A stretch of 64,000 bases of DNA from Pseudomonadota bacterium (GTDB lineage Archaea; Thermoplasmatota; SW-10-69-26; JACQPN01; JAJPHT01), in contig JAJPHT010000046.1 in NCBI GenBank assembly GCA_021325135.1, positions 64,001 through 128,000 of the forward strand, in the 5' to 3' direction. Below are positions 54,353 to 63,254 of the stretch, in pieces; within the stretch, counting starts at the first letter, position 1; each line of letters opens with the position of its first letter. Position numbers and translations under genes: made by a program. Below the pieces are notes generated by a model. That model searched no databases and was not told the origin of the DNA. It was given only the letters and a program-made list of their open reading frames with translations.

Positions 54353-55105
54353 TCAGCCGGTGGGCACCAGGGGCCACGACACCGCGCCGGGCGCGATGCC
54401 CGCGTCTCCCAGCAGATCGGCCAGCGCGGCGCGCGCCCCCGCCTCGTCCCGGGGCCCTGAAAGGGTGAGGAGCAGGCTGTAGCGCCCGCGCGGGTTCGCG
54501 TCCAGCAGCAGGCGATCGCCGCCGCGCGTCGCGTCCACGTGCGCGAGGGGGAAGGAGAACTGGAAGCGCCACGCGCCCGCGACGACGGGCTCGCCCGCGA
54601 AGATCGCGTGGTCCTCGTCGCCCAGGATCCGCGGCGCGAGGCGCGCCCAGAGCAGGTCCGCCCGCGGCGCGCCGTCCACGAGGGCGGGGCGCCCCGCGGC
54701 CAACGCAGCGACGAGGCGATCCTCCCGCGCGGCGTCCGCGAGGCTCAGGTTGGCCAGGAGGCCACGCACCAGGGGACGCAGCGCCGCGGCGTCGCGCGTC
54801 CCGTCAACCTGGAGGTGCGCGTCGCCCAGGAAGATCGTGAGCGCGGGCCCGGTCGCGTTGGGCGCGTAGGAGGCGCTCATCATCAGGTAACGGGGTCCCC
54901 AGCGCGCCGCGAGCGAGGCGTTGGGAAGCGGAAGCCCCGCGGGGTCCTGGCGTTGCGCACGGGGGCTGGCGTTCACCGCGTCGAACGCGCGCGGGTCCAC
55001 GCCCTGCGCCTGCCACGCAGCGTGGCACTCGTCGCACGACGCGTGCGTCGCACACCCGGGGGCCAGGAGGAGCGCGAGCAGGAGAAGGGCCGCGACGGCG
55101 CGCAC
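54353..55105 (-). CDS. Putative lipoprotein with CxxCH motif (paralog)
   Basis: APGC lipobox-like, CDECH, GLPL...LAARWG. Confidence 0.65.
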   Translation of the reverse strand: MRAVAALLLLALLLAPGCATHASCDECHAAWQAQGVDPRAFDAVNASPRAQRQDPAGLPLPNASLAARWGPRYLMMSASYAPNATGPALTIFLGDAHLQVDGTRDAAALRPLVRGLLANLSLADAAREDRLVAALAAGRPALVDGAPRADLLWARLAPRILGDEDHAIFAGEPVVAGAWRFQFSFPLAHVDATRGGDRLLLDANPRGRYSLLLTLSGPRDEAGARAALADLLGDAGIAPGAVSWPLVPTG

Positions 55106-55200
55106 GGGCCCGCACCCGGCCCACGGCTCATCAGGCCTTGCCCCTGGAAACCCGCCAGCCTCAAGAGACACCTCCGCGGCCATGAGGATGGGGTCGCGCC

Positions 55201-56697
55201 TTGACGAGCGCCTACGTCCGGTCCCTGCGCGCCGACCCGACGCGCTTCGTGGACCCCTACCTCGCCGCCATCGCCGCCGGGGGCGCCCTGGTCCTGGCCG
55301 TGGCCCTGTGGACCCTGGGCGCGAGCGCGCCCGGCGTCGACCTGCCGCGCTGGGTCCTCCTGGCGGGCCTCGCCGCGTCCTCGTGGCTCATCCTCAACCG
55401 GCTCATCCTCTTCGACTGGCGCGGACAACGCATCGCGCTGGGCCCCGACGAGGTGCTCGTCTTCCTCGCCCTCCTTGCGCTGCCTCTGCCTCTCGTGGTC
55501 CTCTTCGCCGTGCCCTCCATGGCGGCCTACCAGGTGAAGACGCGGCGGCCGCTGCTGAAGGGCGCGGCCAACGTCGCCGTGCTCCTCCTGGCGGGCGGCG
55601 CGTGCGTCTCCACCTTCGCCCTCCTGCGGCTCGCCCTCCCGCCCCTTGTCGCCATCTGCCTCGCGATCCCCGCCTACACCTTCACGACGCACCTCCTCGT
55701 CTCCAGCGTCTTCTCGCTGCGCGAGCGCGTGAAGGTCCACGTCGTCTTCGGCGAGCGCTTCTGGGTCCCGACGCTCCTCCACGTCGCGCTGGGCGTCTGC
55801 GGCGGGCTCGCGGTGTGGGCGCTCTGGAACGTGCATCCCCTCGCCGTCGCCGCGCTGGCGCCCTTCGCCTACCTCGCCCGCGAGCACGTGGGCCTCGTCG
55901 CGCGCACCGAGCGCGAGGCCCTCGTGCAGAAGCGCCTGAGCGAGATGACGCGCGCGCTCGTGGGCGAGCAGGACCTCGACCGCGCCGCCGAGCGCATCCT
56001 GGAGACGTGTGGCGACGTCTTCCACGCGGGACGCACGACGCTCGTCATCGAGTCCGAAGGGCGCGAGCGGCGCTGGAGCCGCGAGTTCGAAGGCGGCGCC
56101 AGCGCCGAGCCCCCCATGGCCGCCACGCTGGAAGGACCGGGCGGAGAGAAGATGGGCGCGCTGGTCATCCACGCGAACCGGCAGAGCCACGCGCGCTTCG
56201 CCGACGTGGACCGCGACCTCCTCGCCATCGTCGCGGCCGAAACGGCGGCCACCATCGCCAACGCGCGCGCCCTGCACGAGCTCGCCGCCGCCCGCGAGCG
56301 CCTCGTCTCCTCCCGCGTCGCGCGCCCCCTGGTGCGACGCATCGTGCGCTCCATCATGGAGGAGACCCACGCCGACGCCACCTCGCTGCTCCGGCTGGGC
56401 GAATCCCTCGCGCGCACCGCCGACGCGCAGGACATGGACGCCTTCGCCCGCGCCTACGCCGAGATGGGACTGGGCACCATCGAGACGGTGGCGGCCGAGG
56501 GCGGCCAGTACGAGTTCGTGGGCGTCGACCTCTTCGAGAAGTCGCCCGGCTCGCGCGCGACGACGTGCTATCTCGCGCTGGGCTACGCCGCGGGCGCCGT
56601 CTCGCGCCTCCACCACGACGCGCCCACCAAGGGGGCCGAGGTGACGTGCGAGTCGCGCGGGGACGCACGGTGCCGGTTCGTGGTGCACGTCAAGTAG
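55201..56697 (+). CDS. Multi-TM sensor + GAF-like + V4R domain protein
   Basis: About 6-7 TM; F...DRDLLAIVAAETAATIANAR GAF tail; C.L..GY..G...EVTCESRGDARCRF V4R motif. Confidence 0.82.
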   Translation: MTSAYVRSLRADPTRFVDPYLAAIAAGGALVLAVALWTLGASAPGVDLPRWVLLAGLAASSWLILNRLILFDWRGQRIALGPDEVLVFLALLALPLPLVVLFAVPSMAAYQVKTRRPLLKGAANVAVLLLAGGACVSTFALLRLALPPLVAICLAIPAYTFTTHLLVSSVFSLRERVKVHVVFGERFWVPTLLHVALGVCGGLAVWALWNVHPLAVAALAPFAYLAREHVGLVARTEREALVQKRLSEMTRALVGEQDLDRAAERILETCGDVFHAGRTTLVIESEGRERRWSREFEGGASAEPPMAATLEGPGGEKMGALVIHANRQSHARFADVDRDLLAIVAAETAATIANARALHELAAARERLVSSRVARPLVRRIVRSIMEETHADATSLLRLGESLARTADAQDMDAFARAYAEMGLGTIETVAAEGGQYEFVGVDLFEKSPGSRATTCYLALGYAAGAVSRLHHDAPTKGAEVTCESRGDARCRFVVHVK

Positions 56698-56700
56698 CGA

Positions 56701-56850
56701 CCGGCCGGGTCTGGGCGGGTCGGCGCGGCCGGCTGGAGATCACCCAAGGTCCGGGCTCTTGGAGCCGCATGGCCTCGGGTGCGCCCACCCGGACGCAGGT
56801 GCGCGCACCTGCGCCTACCTCCGCTCAAAGTCGAACCCGTCAACCCAAGT
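56701..56850 (-). repeat. 10-bp-periodic intergenic element, copy 2 (inverted relative to copy 1)
   Basis: Shares the 43-bp head; T at 12 of 15 consecutive 10-bp-phased positions. Confidence 0.85.
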
Positions 56851-56991
56851 CGTGTCGCTCGCGCCCCGACCACGGCCACTTTTCCGGGCCCAATTCCTTC
56901 AGATGCCCCAAAAAGCGGACCGCTGCCCCGGTGCAGAACCACCCAATCAAAAAAACGCGCCAAGGGTTCCCAAGGCGCAGGTCCCAGCGTC

Positions 56992-57249
56992 TCAGACCTG
57001 GAGCACCGGCGTCGTGGTGCATGTGAACGTCACCGAGAGGTCGGTGGACTCGGAGGCGGTGCAGTCGTAGACGATGACGCTCAGGACGCAGGCGGGGCCT
57101 CCGGGGCGCACGTCGTTGTAGCCGACGAGGGCGACGGTCTGGCCCTCGACGACGATGGGCTGGCTTGCGCAGCGCGCGGAGGCGGTGGGCGCTGCGAGGA
57201 GGCTCGCCAAGGGCAGGGCCAGGAGCAGGCAGGCGACGAGGAGCTTCAT
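56992..57249 (-). CDS. Small secreted 4-Cys protein
   Basis: Signal ending AAPTASA; GP.C...V.VY.C...C as in 2701..2955. Confidence 0.75.
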   Translation of the reverse strand: MKLLVACLLLALPLASLLAAPTASARCASQPIVVEGQTVALVGYNDVRPGGPACVLSVIVYDCTASESTDLSVTFTCTTTPVLQV

Positions 57250-57259
57250 GGTCAGCGCC

Positions 57260-57445
57260 TCACTCCAGGCAGGGCTGCTTGAGCGCGCGGCAGGGGATGC
57301 CGCACGGGTCGGTCCACTGGTGCGTGAGGGGGTCGTACACGACGAAGGCGCACTCCGAGGCGGACGCGGTGGGCGCGGCCAGGTCCACGAGGGCCACGCC
57401 GCCCAGGATGACGAGGGCGGCCATGAGGACGATGCGGGGGTTCAT
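57260..57445 (-). CDS. Small secreted 4-Cys peptide (61 aa)
   Basis: GGAGG upstream; signal ending AAPTASA; mature SECAFVVYDPLTHQWTDPCGIPCRALKQPCLE. Confidence 0.72.
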   Translation of the reverse strand: MNPRIVLMAALVILGGVALVDLAAPTASASECAFVVYDPLTHQWTDPCGIPCRALKQPCLE

Positions 57446-57535
57446 GTCAACAGCCTCCGGCTTGCTGCCGGCGGGTCCGCATGCCGCGGGGGCACGAAAA
57501 GATTGGCGGGCGCGCACCCGGAGCCCGGCGGAGCT

Positions 57536-58042
57536 TCAGGGCGTCTCGTCCAGGGGCCTCAGGGCGACGTACACGTCCCGCTCCTCTTCGCCGGTCAACG
57601 CGTTACTCACGTAGAAGCGCTCCAGCAGGGGGCCTTCCAGGGGGACGCTGCGCTCCATGCCCCATTCCAGGAGGAGCTGGAGCGCCTCGGGGAAGCTCGT
57701 GAGGTCGCCGCGGTAGCGCAGGCCCGCGACGGGCGTGGCAGGGAGGTCGCGCACGCGCAGCGCCGGCAAGGATGGGACCGCGGCCCCGTCCGCGACAGGG
57801 TAGCCCAGGTCTGCGATCCAGCGGTCGGCCTCGCGCTCGCTGAAGGGCATGTCGTGGTAGACGCCGAAGGCGGGGCCCATGCGCTCGATGCCCGCGCGCT
57901 CCAGCGCCTCGGCCACGGCGTCCAGCGCTGCGACGCGCGCCCAGGGCACGTAGGGGCCCCGCACGCGGTGGTGCGCGAATCGGAACGGGGGCAGGGTGGA
58001 GACGGCGGGCTGTGCGAGGAGCTCGAAGCCCAGGTCGGCCAC
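57536..58042 (-). CDS. GyrI-like small-molecule-binding protein
   Basis: RGPY...GPAFGVYHD; YRG...LLEW...GPLLERF. Confidence 0.8.
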   Translation of the reverse strand: MADLGFELLAQPAVSTLPPFRFAHHRVRGPYVPWARVAALDAVAEALERAGIERMGPAFGVYHDMPFSEREADRWIADLGYPVADGAAVPSLPALRVRDLPATPVAGLRYRGDLTSFPEALQLLLEWGMERSVPLEGPLLERFYVSNALTGEEERDVYVALRPLDETP

Positions 58043-58082
58043 GCGCGGCGATGGGCGCGGGGCTCGCATAACGCTTGTCGCC

Positions 58083-58511
58083 TCAAGCCTCGGGCTCGGC
58101 GCCCTCCCGGGCCGCGTCCGCGAGGGTGAGCAGCCGCTCCTTCGTCTCGTCCACCTCGCCCAGGGCCTCGCGGACGCGCCTCGTGGCGGCGCCTGCGGCC
58201 TGGGCCGTCTCGGGCTCGTCGGCGATGGCGTCTTGCCTCGCGCGGACGTGGGACGTCACCGAGTCCACCGTGCGGTGGATGGCCTCGGTGGCCTCCTCCC
58301 CCTCGCTGATGGCCGCGTCGATGTGGTGGTCGGCCGCCTGCGCCACCTCGCCCAGCGCCGCGCGCAGCCGCGAGAGGCGGTTGTGAAGCTCCGTCGCGAT
58401 GAGGCTGCAGTCGAAGCGGCGATGGCTTCCGTCGGAGGTCGCGAGGAGCTGGATGAGGTCGTCGTCGGAGAGGTGGGGCAGGAAGTCGGCGGGCCGCTCG
58501 CCTGCGGCCAT
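58083..58511 (-). CDS. Hypothetical helical protein
   Basis: Acidic heptad-rich 142-aa frame. Confidence 0.55.
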   Translation of the reverse strand: MAAGERPADFLPHLSDDDLIQLLATSDGSHRRFDCSLIATELHNRLSRLRAALGEVAQAADHHIDAAISEGEEATEAIHRTVDSVTSHVRARQDAIADEPETAQAAGAATRRVREALGEVDETKERLLTLADAAREGAEPEA

Positions 58512-58655
58512 GGCGGCGTCCCAACGCCGCCAGCGGATCTCGCTCCGGAGCATGAGACCCCCATGGCGCGGACTCGGCTTGGCCTTGCGGACGGCCCGGC
58601 GCCTCCTTGCCAGTCCGCTCGCAACGTTGATGCCCGCGCCGAGGGTGGAGCGGCC

Positions 58656-60665
58656 GTGAAGCTCCGGTACCGCAGGGTCGGGGACCGGCTCTACGTCCGG
58701 ATCGCGGACGACGTGCCCGACGAGTCGCGCGTCTGGAAAAGCCTCCAGATGATGGGCGCGCCCGTGGAGGTCGACCGCGACCCGCGCGCCCTCTCGTGGT
58801 CGCGCTACGTGAAGGAAGGCGCCTTCGCGAAGCTCCAGAAGGCGGCAGGGCTTCTGCGCGCGACGCTGGAGCCGGAGCCGGGCGAGGCGCCCCTCGTCGC
58901 GGGCCGCAGCGGCGAGGCCTACGCGCGCGAGCGCCCTGTGGACGTGCCCGCCCTCATGCGCCTCCTGGACGCGGGCGAGCCCGCCGAGGCGCTCGCGGCC
59001 CTGCGCGCGGGGCGCACCGACCTCGCGGTGTGGGCGCGCTCGCGGCCCGAGTTCGCGGCCGAGTCGAAGCGCGACCTGCGCGCCCTGGACGAGGCCATCG
59101 ACCGCCTCAAGGCGCGCGAGCGGGAGGCCGAGAAGGCGGCCGCGGCGGACGAGGCGCGGGAGATCAGCCAGGCCCTCCGCGGCGTCAGCGCGGACGACCT
59201 CTGGAAGGCGAAGAACGAGCTGGTGGCGCTCAAGAAGCGCGCCGACGCCTTCGAGAAGCGCGCCGTCGTCGAGGCCAAGCTTCCTGATATCATCCCCGGC
59301 TTCCGCGGCCGGCTGCGCCCCTACCAGGCGGAGGGCGTGCGCTTCCTCGCGGGGCGCGACCTCTCCGCCATCCTCGCCGACGAGATGGGCCTGGGCAAGA
59401 CCGTCATGACCATCGCCGCGACGCTCGCGCGCGACGCCCGCGCGCTGGTGGTCGGCCCCGCCAACGTCCTCTACAACTGGGCCGACGAGGTGGAGCGCTT
59501 CACCGACGAGGTGCCCCTGGTGTACCACCAGCAGCGCTGGATCGGCAACGAGCGCGGCCGCTTCCTCCTCACCACCTACGACGCGCTGCGCAACCTCGAC
59601 CCCGCGCACCCGCAGGTGGCGGGCCGCGACGTGCTGATCCTCGACGAGGCGCACTACATCCGCAACCCCGAGACGCAGCGCGCCCGCCTCGTGAAGGCGC
59701 TCCCGCAGCGCCGCAGGCTCCTCCTCACCGGCACGCCCCTGGTCAACGGCATCGACGACTACTACGAGCTTCTGGAGCAGGTGGACCACGGCCGCTTCCA
59801 GAGCCGCGCCGAGTTCAGCCGCACCTGGAAGGTCGACGCCTCCCTCTTCAACCGCTACGGCGCCGTGCGCAACCTCGCCGCCGACTTCCTCCAGAAGGCC
59901 ACACGCGACGTGCTGCTGCGCCGCCGCAAGGACGAGGTGCTGGCCGAGCTTCCCCCGCGCACCATCGTCGTCACCAAGCACGAGATGGAGCCGGGCGACG
60001 AGCGCGTCTACCGCGGCCTGGAGGCCAAGGCCGTGGAGACGATGCAGAAGGCGCAGAGCGACGTCGCCATCTTCGCCGCCATCCACTCCCTGCGCCACCA
60101 CCTTGCCATGACGCGCGTCGCGGCCGTGAAGGAGCGCGTGCAGGAGCTTCTGGAGGCCGACGAGAGCGTCGTCGTCTACAGCCACTACCTCGACCCCCTG
60201 CGCAAGCTCCAGGAGGCCTTTCCCCGGGTGGCCGCCACGCTGGACGGCTCCACGCCGCCCAAGCGCCGCCAGGAGCTGGCCAAGACGTTCGGCGCCGAAG
60301 GCGGCCCGCGCGTGCTCCTCGCGCAGATGGAAGCGGGCGGCATCGGCCTCAACTTCACCGGGGGCCGCTTCGTGCTCTTCCTCCACCTGGGCTGGACGCC
60401 CGCCGTCCACGCGCAGGCCATGGACCGCGTCCACCGCATCGGCCAGGACCGCCCCGTGCAAGTGGAGTTCTTCGTGACGCCCGACACCATCGACGAGCGC
60501 ATGGTGAAGATCCTCCTGCGCAAGGAGGCTGACCAGAACCTGGTGCTGGCGGAGGAGAGCAACACCTTCAACCGCAGCGAGATCGCCAAGCTCCTCGCGG
60601 AGGACGCGCGCGAGCGCGCCGAGCGCGAGAAGCTTGTCGCGTTCGGGGCGGAGCGCTCCTCTTAG
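58656..60665 (+). CDS. SNF2-family helicase/ATPase
   Basis: LRPYQ, LADEMGLGKT, DEAH, LTGTP, GLN, QAMDRVHRIGQ. Confidence 0.93.
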   Translation: MKLRYRRVGDRLYVRIADDVPDESRVWKSLQMMGAPVEVDRDPRALSWSRYVKEGAFAKLQKAAGLLRATLEPEPGEAPLVAGRSGEAYARERPVDVPALMRLLDAGEPAEALAALRAGRTDLAVWARSRPEFAAESKRDLRALDEAIDRLKAREREAEKAAAADEAREISQALRGVSADDLWKAKNELVALKKRADAFEKRAVVEAKLPDIIPGFRGRLRPYQAEGVRFLAGRDLSAILADEMGLGKTVMTIAATLARDARALVVGPANVLYNWADEVERFTDEVPLVYHQQRWIGNERGRFLLTTYDALRNLDPAHPQVAGRDVLILDEAHYIRNPETQRARLVKALPQRRRLLLTGTPLVNGIDDYYELLEQVDHGRFQSRAEFSRTWKVDASLFNRYGAVRNLAADFLQKATRDVLLRRRKDEVLAELPPRTIVVTKHEMEPGDERVYRGLEAKAVETMQKAQSDVAIFAAIHSLRHHLAMTRVAAVKERVQELLEADESVVVYSHYLDPLRKLQEAFPRVAATLDGSTPPKRRQELAKTFGAEGGPRVLLAQMEAGGIGLNFTGGRFVLFLHLGWTPAVHAQAMDRVHRIGQDRPVQVEFFVTPDTIDERMVKILLRKEADQNLVLAEESNTFNRSEIAKLLAEDARERAEREKLVAFGAERSS

Positions 60666-60700
60666 GGCAAGGGGGCGGGAACGAGGGGACGGCCCCCGAC

Positions 60701-60790
60701 GAGGCACGTGCCGCCACATGGCGCCAGGTGTTGCCGGCTGGCGCCAGGCGTGCACGCCTGGCGCCACCCGGCCGTACCCGTTCCACACTT
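60701..60790. repeat. 10-bp-periodic palindromic array
   Basis: GCGCCAGGTG-like decamers; central hairpin TGGCGCCAGGCGTGCACGCCTGGCGCCA. Confidence 0.7.
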
Positions 60791-60899
60791 CTGTTCATCC
60801 TCCCGCCCTCCACGAGGTCGTCCAACGCGCCCTCCGCGGCCCAGCGCGCCGGTCGGCAACGTCTTGCCCCCGAACGAGGGTGCCCTTCCCGGTGACCCC

Positions 60900-61079
60900 A
60901 TGAAGATCGCCATCCTCGCCCTCGCCCTCTGCCTCGCCGCCGTCGTCGCCGCCCCCGCCGCCGTCGCGGAGGCGGGCGCCCAGGCCCCGGACTTCGTCTG
61001 CGCGGACAACCTCGCGGGCCACCTCGTCTGCTTCGTCGTCTCCGTGGCCTGCCCCGGCTGCTTCGACGTCGCGCTCTGA
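60900..61079 (+). CDS. Small secreted 4-Cys peptide (59 aa)
   Basis: MKIAILALAL signal; mature ...FVCADNLAGHLVCFVVSVACPGCFDVAL. Confidence 0.7.
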   Translation: MKIAILALALCLAAVVAAPAAVAEAGAQAPDFVCADNLAGHLVCFVVSVACPGCFDVAL

Positions 61080-61082
61080 GGC

Positions 61083-62108
61083 TCAGCCCGGGAACTCCTG
61101 GCGCACCGCGGGCGCGACCTCGGTGCCCAGGATCTCCACGGCCCGCGCGACCTTGGCATAGGGCATGCCGCCCCAGTCCATCTGGAGCATGAGGCGGTCG
61201 ATGCCCAGCACCTCGCGCTCCCAGCGGATCTTCTCGATGGCCTCCTTGGCGTCGCCCGCGAACACGGCGCCGCGGGGGCCCATCTCGGCCTCGAACGCCT
61301 CGCGGGGCACGTCGCGCGGCGGGAAGCGGTTCTTCAGCCCCTTGCGCATGAGGTCCAGCCAGCGCGCGGCGTAGTCCTCCTTGGCCTGCCGCGCGTCGTC
61401 GGCCAGGAGGCCGTGGCTGGAGACGGCGAGCCGCGTCGTCCGGTGCCCCGCCTGCGCGGCGGCGCGGCGGTAGAGGCTGGCGAGGCCGGCGAAGCGCGCG
61501 GGCCCGCCCAGGATGGCGATGTTCATGGGAAGGCCCAGGCGGCCCGCCCGGATCGCGCTCTCGGGCGTGCCGCCCACGCCGATCCAGATGGGGAGCGGCC
61601 GCTCGGGGCGCGGCGAGACCTCCGCGTCGTGGAGCGCGGGCCGGTGGCGGCCCTCCCACGTGACGCGCTCGCTGCGGTTGATCTCCAGGAGGAGGTCCAA
61701 TTTCTCGGCGAAGAGGGAGTCGTAGTCGTGGAGGTCGTAGCCGAAGAGGGCGAAGCTCTCCACGAACGAGCCGCGGCCCACGAGCAGCTCCGCGCGGCCG
61801 TTTGATAGCAGGTCCAGCGTGGCGAAGTCCTCGAAGACGCGCACGGGGTCCAGCGTGTTGAGCAGGGTGGTGGCGGGAGAGAGCTTGATGCGGGTGGTGG
61901 CCTCGGCGCAGGCGGCCAGCACGACGGGGGGCGATGAGATGGCCATGTCAAGGCGGTGGTGCTCGCCCACGGCGAACACGTCGAGGCCCACCTCGTCGGC
62001 GAGCTTGGCGAAGCGCACGGTGTCGCGCAGCTTCTCCCGCGCGGTGGTGGTCTTCCCGGTGACGGGGTCGGGGAAGGTGTCGCCGAAGGTGTAGAGGCCG
62101 ATCTCCAT
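61083..62108 (-). CDS. LLM-class flavin-dependent oxidoreductase
   Basis: VGEHH, DPVRVFEDFATLDLLSNGRAE, GRGSF.ESF. Confidence 0.92.
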   Translation of the reverse strand: MEIGLYTFGDTFPDPVTGKTTTAREKLRDTVRFAKLADEVGLDVFAVGEHHRLDMAISSPPVVLAACAEATTRIKLSPATTLLNTLDPVRVFEDFATLDLLSNGRAELLVGRGSFVESFALFGYDLHDYDSLFAEKLDLLLEINRSERVTWEGRHRPALHDAEVSPRPERPLPIWIGVGGTPESAIRAGRLGLPMNIAILGGPARFAGLASLYRRAAAQAGHRTTRLAVSSHGLLADDARQAKEDYAARWLDLMRKGLKNRFPPRDVPREAFEAEMGPRGAVFAGDAKEAIEKIRWEREVLGIDRLMLQMDWGGMPYAKVARAVEILGTEVAPAVRQEFPG

Positions 62109-62112
62109 GGGA

Positions 62113-62706
62113 TCAGAATCCCAGGGGCTCGCCCACGAGGATGACGTGCGTGCGGCCGGGGCGCGGCTCGCCTTCCAGGAGGACCCACTTGTTGGGGCGC
62201 GAGGCGTACTGCATGGGGCCGCGGTTGACGCGCTCCTGCTCCTGGGGCGCGGCCACGTCGCGGATGCGCCGCATGGCGTCGTGCAGGTCGGGGACCACCT
62301 TGTTCACGCTCGCGACGAGGATGACGCGCTCGGGGCCCGCGACGTAGCCGGCGACGCGGCTGCCGCCGAAGTCGGAGGCCACCAGCACGCCCTCCTCGGT
62401 GATGGCGCCCACGCTGCCCAGGAAGAAGGGGGCCAGCATGGCGCGCATGCGAAGCTCCTGGCGCTTCGCGGGGTCCTGCTCGGCCCACACCTTGGCGCGC
62501 AGGTAGTCCCACTCGCCGGATTTCAGCGCGTCGGTCACGCCGATCTGGTCCAGCGTGGTGCTGGAGCCCGCCATGACGGCGGCGCCGCGGGGGATGCGCT
62601 TCAGGACGGCCTCCTTGGCGGCGGCGCGGTCGGGGGCGTACTCGGCGCTGAAGTGGCGCGCTTCCAGCTGCGGGATGAGCTTCTCGGCGACCTGGGCGGG
62701 GTCCAT
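62113..62706 (-). CDS. LUD-domain (lactate utilisation protein-like)
   Basis: GSSTTLDQIG, AITEEG.LV..D..GSRV, NKVVPDL..A..R, GEPLGF. Confidence 0.85.
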   Translation of the reverse strand: MDPAQVAEKLIPQLEARHFSAEYAPDRAAAKEAVLKRIPRGAAVMAGSSTTLDQIGVTDALKSGEWDYLRAKVWAEQDPAKRQELRMRAMLAPFFLGSVGAITEEGVLVASDFGGSRVAGYVAGPERVILVASVNKVVPDLHDAMRRIRDVAAPQEQERVNRGPMQYASRPNKWVLLEGEPRPGRTHVILVGEPLGF

Positions 62707-62765
62707 CGCGCGACGGTAGGGCCTGCGGCGGGAAAACGTTCCGCTTCCAAGGAGGGAAGCATCGG

Positions 62766-63242
62766 CTACGGGTCCATCTCGGCGAGGAGGTACTCCGGGA
62801 GCTTGATCCCGGCCTTCTCGGTGCGCGAGCGGCTCGCGGGGCGCCACGTGGTGCGCAGCGTGCCCTGGGGCTTGCCTTCGGGGCTCGCGGTGCGCGCTTC
62901 GATGGTGAACGGGTCGGTGGCGACGATGCGCGCGGTGGCGCGCGTCGCGTGGCCCACCCGGGGGAGGCGCTCCTGCTCGAACGCGACGGGCCCGTAGGAG
63001 GTCATGACCTTCCCGCCAAGCTCCAGCGCGGCCCAGTAGGACACCTCGTAGAGGAGCGTGAAGTGGAGGCCCGTGTGGAAGAGGCCCGGCCAGCCCACCT
63101 CGTCCTCGCGCGGCGCGTGCTCCGCCACGACGGAGTCGCCCTCGCGGGCGAAGCGCAGGCGCAGGCCGCGCGCGTGCTGCGGGCCGCAGCCGAAGCAGGG
63201 GTTCTCGCTGGGGTTCTCCAGGGGCGTCATCGGGCGGCGCAT
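62766..63242 (-). CDS. PaaI-like hotdog-fold thioesterase
   Basis: CFGCG....GLRL, GWPG..H.G. Confidence 0.8.
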   Translation of the reverse strand: MRRPMTPLENPSENPCFGCGPQHARGLRLRFAREGDSVVAEHAPREDEVGWPGLFHTGLHFTLLYEVSYWAALELGGKVMTSYGPVAFEQERLPRVGHATRATARIVATDPFTIEARTASPEGKPQGTLRTTWRPASRSRTEKAGIKLPEYLLAEMDP

Positions 63243-63254
63243 CGCGTCGGGGGC

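Noticed and set aside
58656-60665. SNF2 helicase as part of a defence system
   Set aside because: No methylase, nuclease or other defence partner is adjacent
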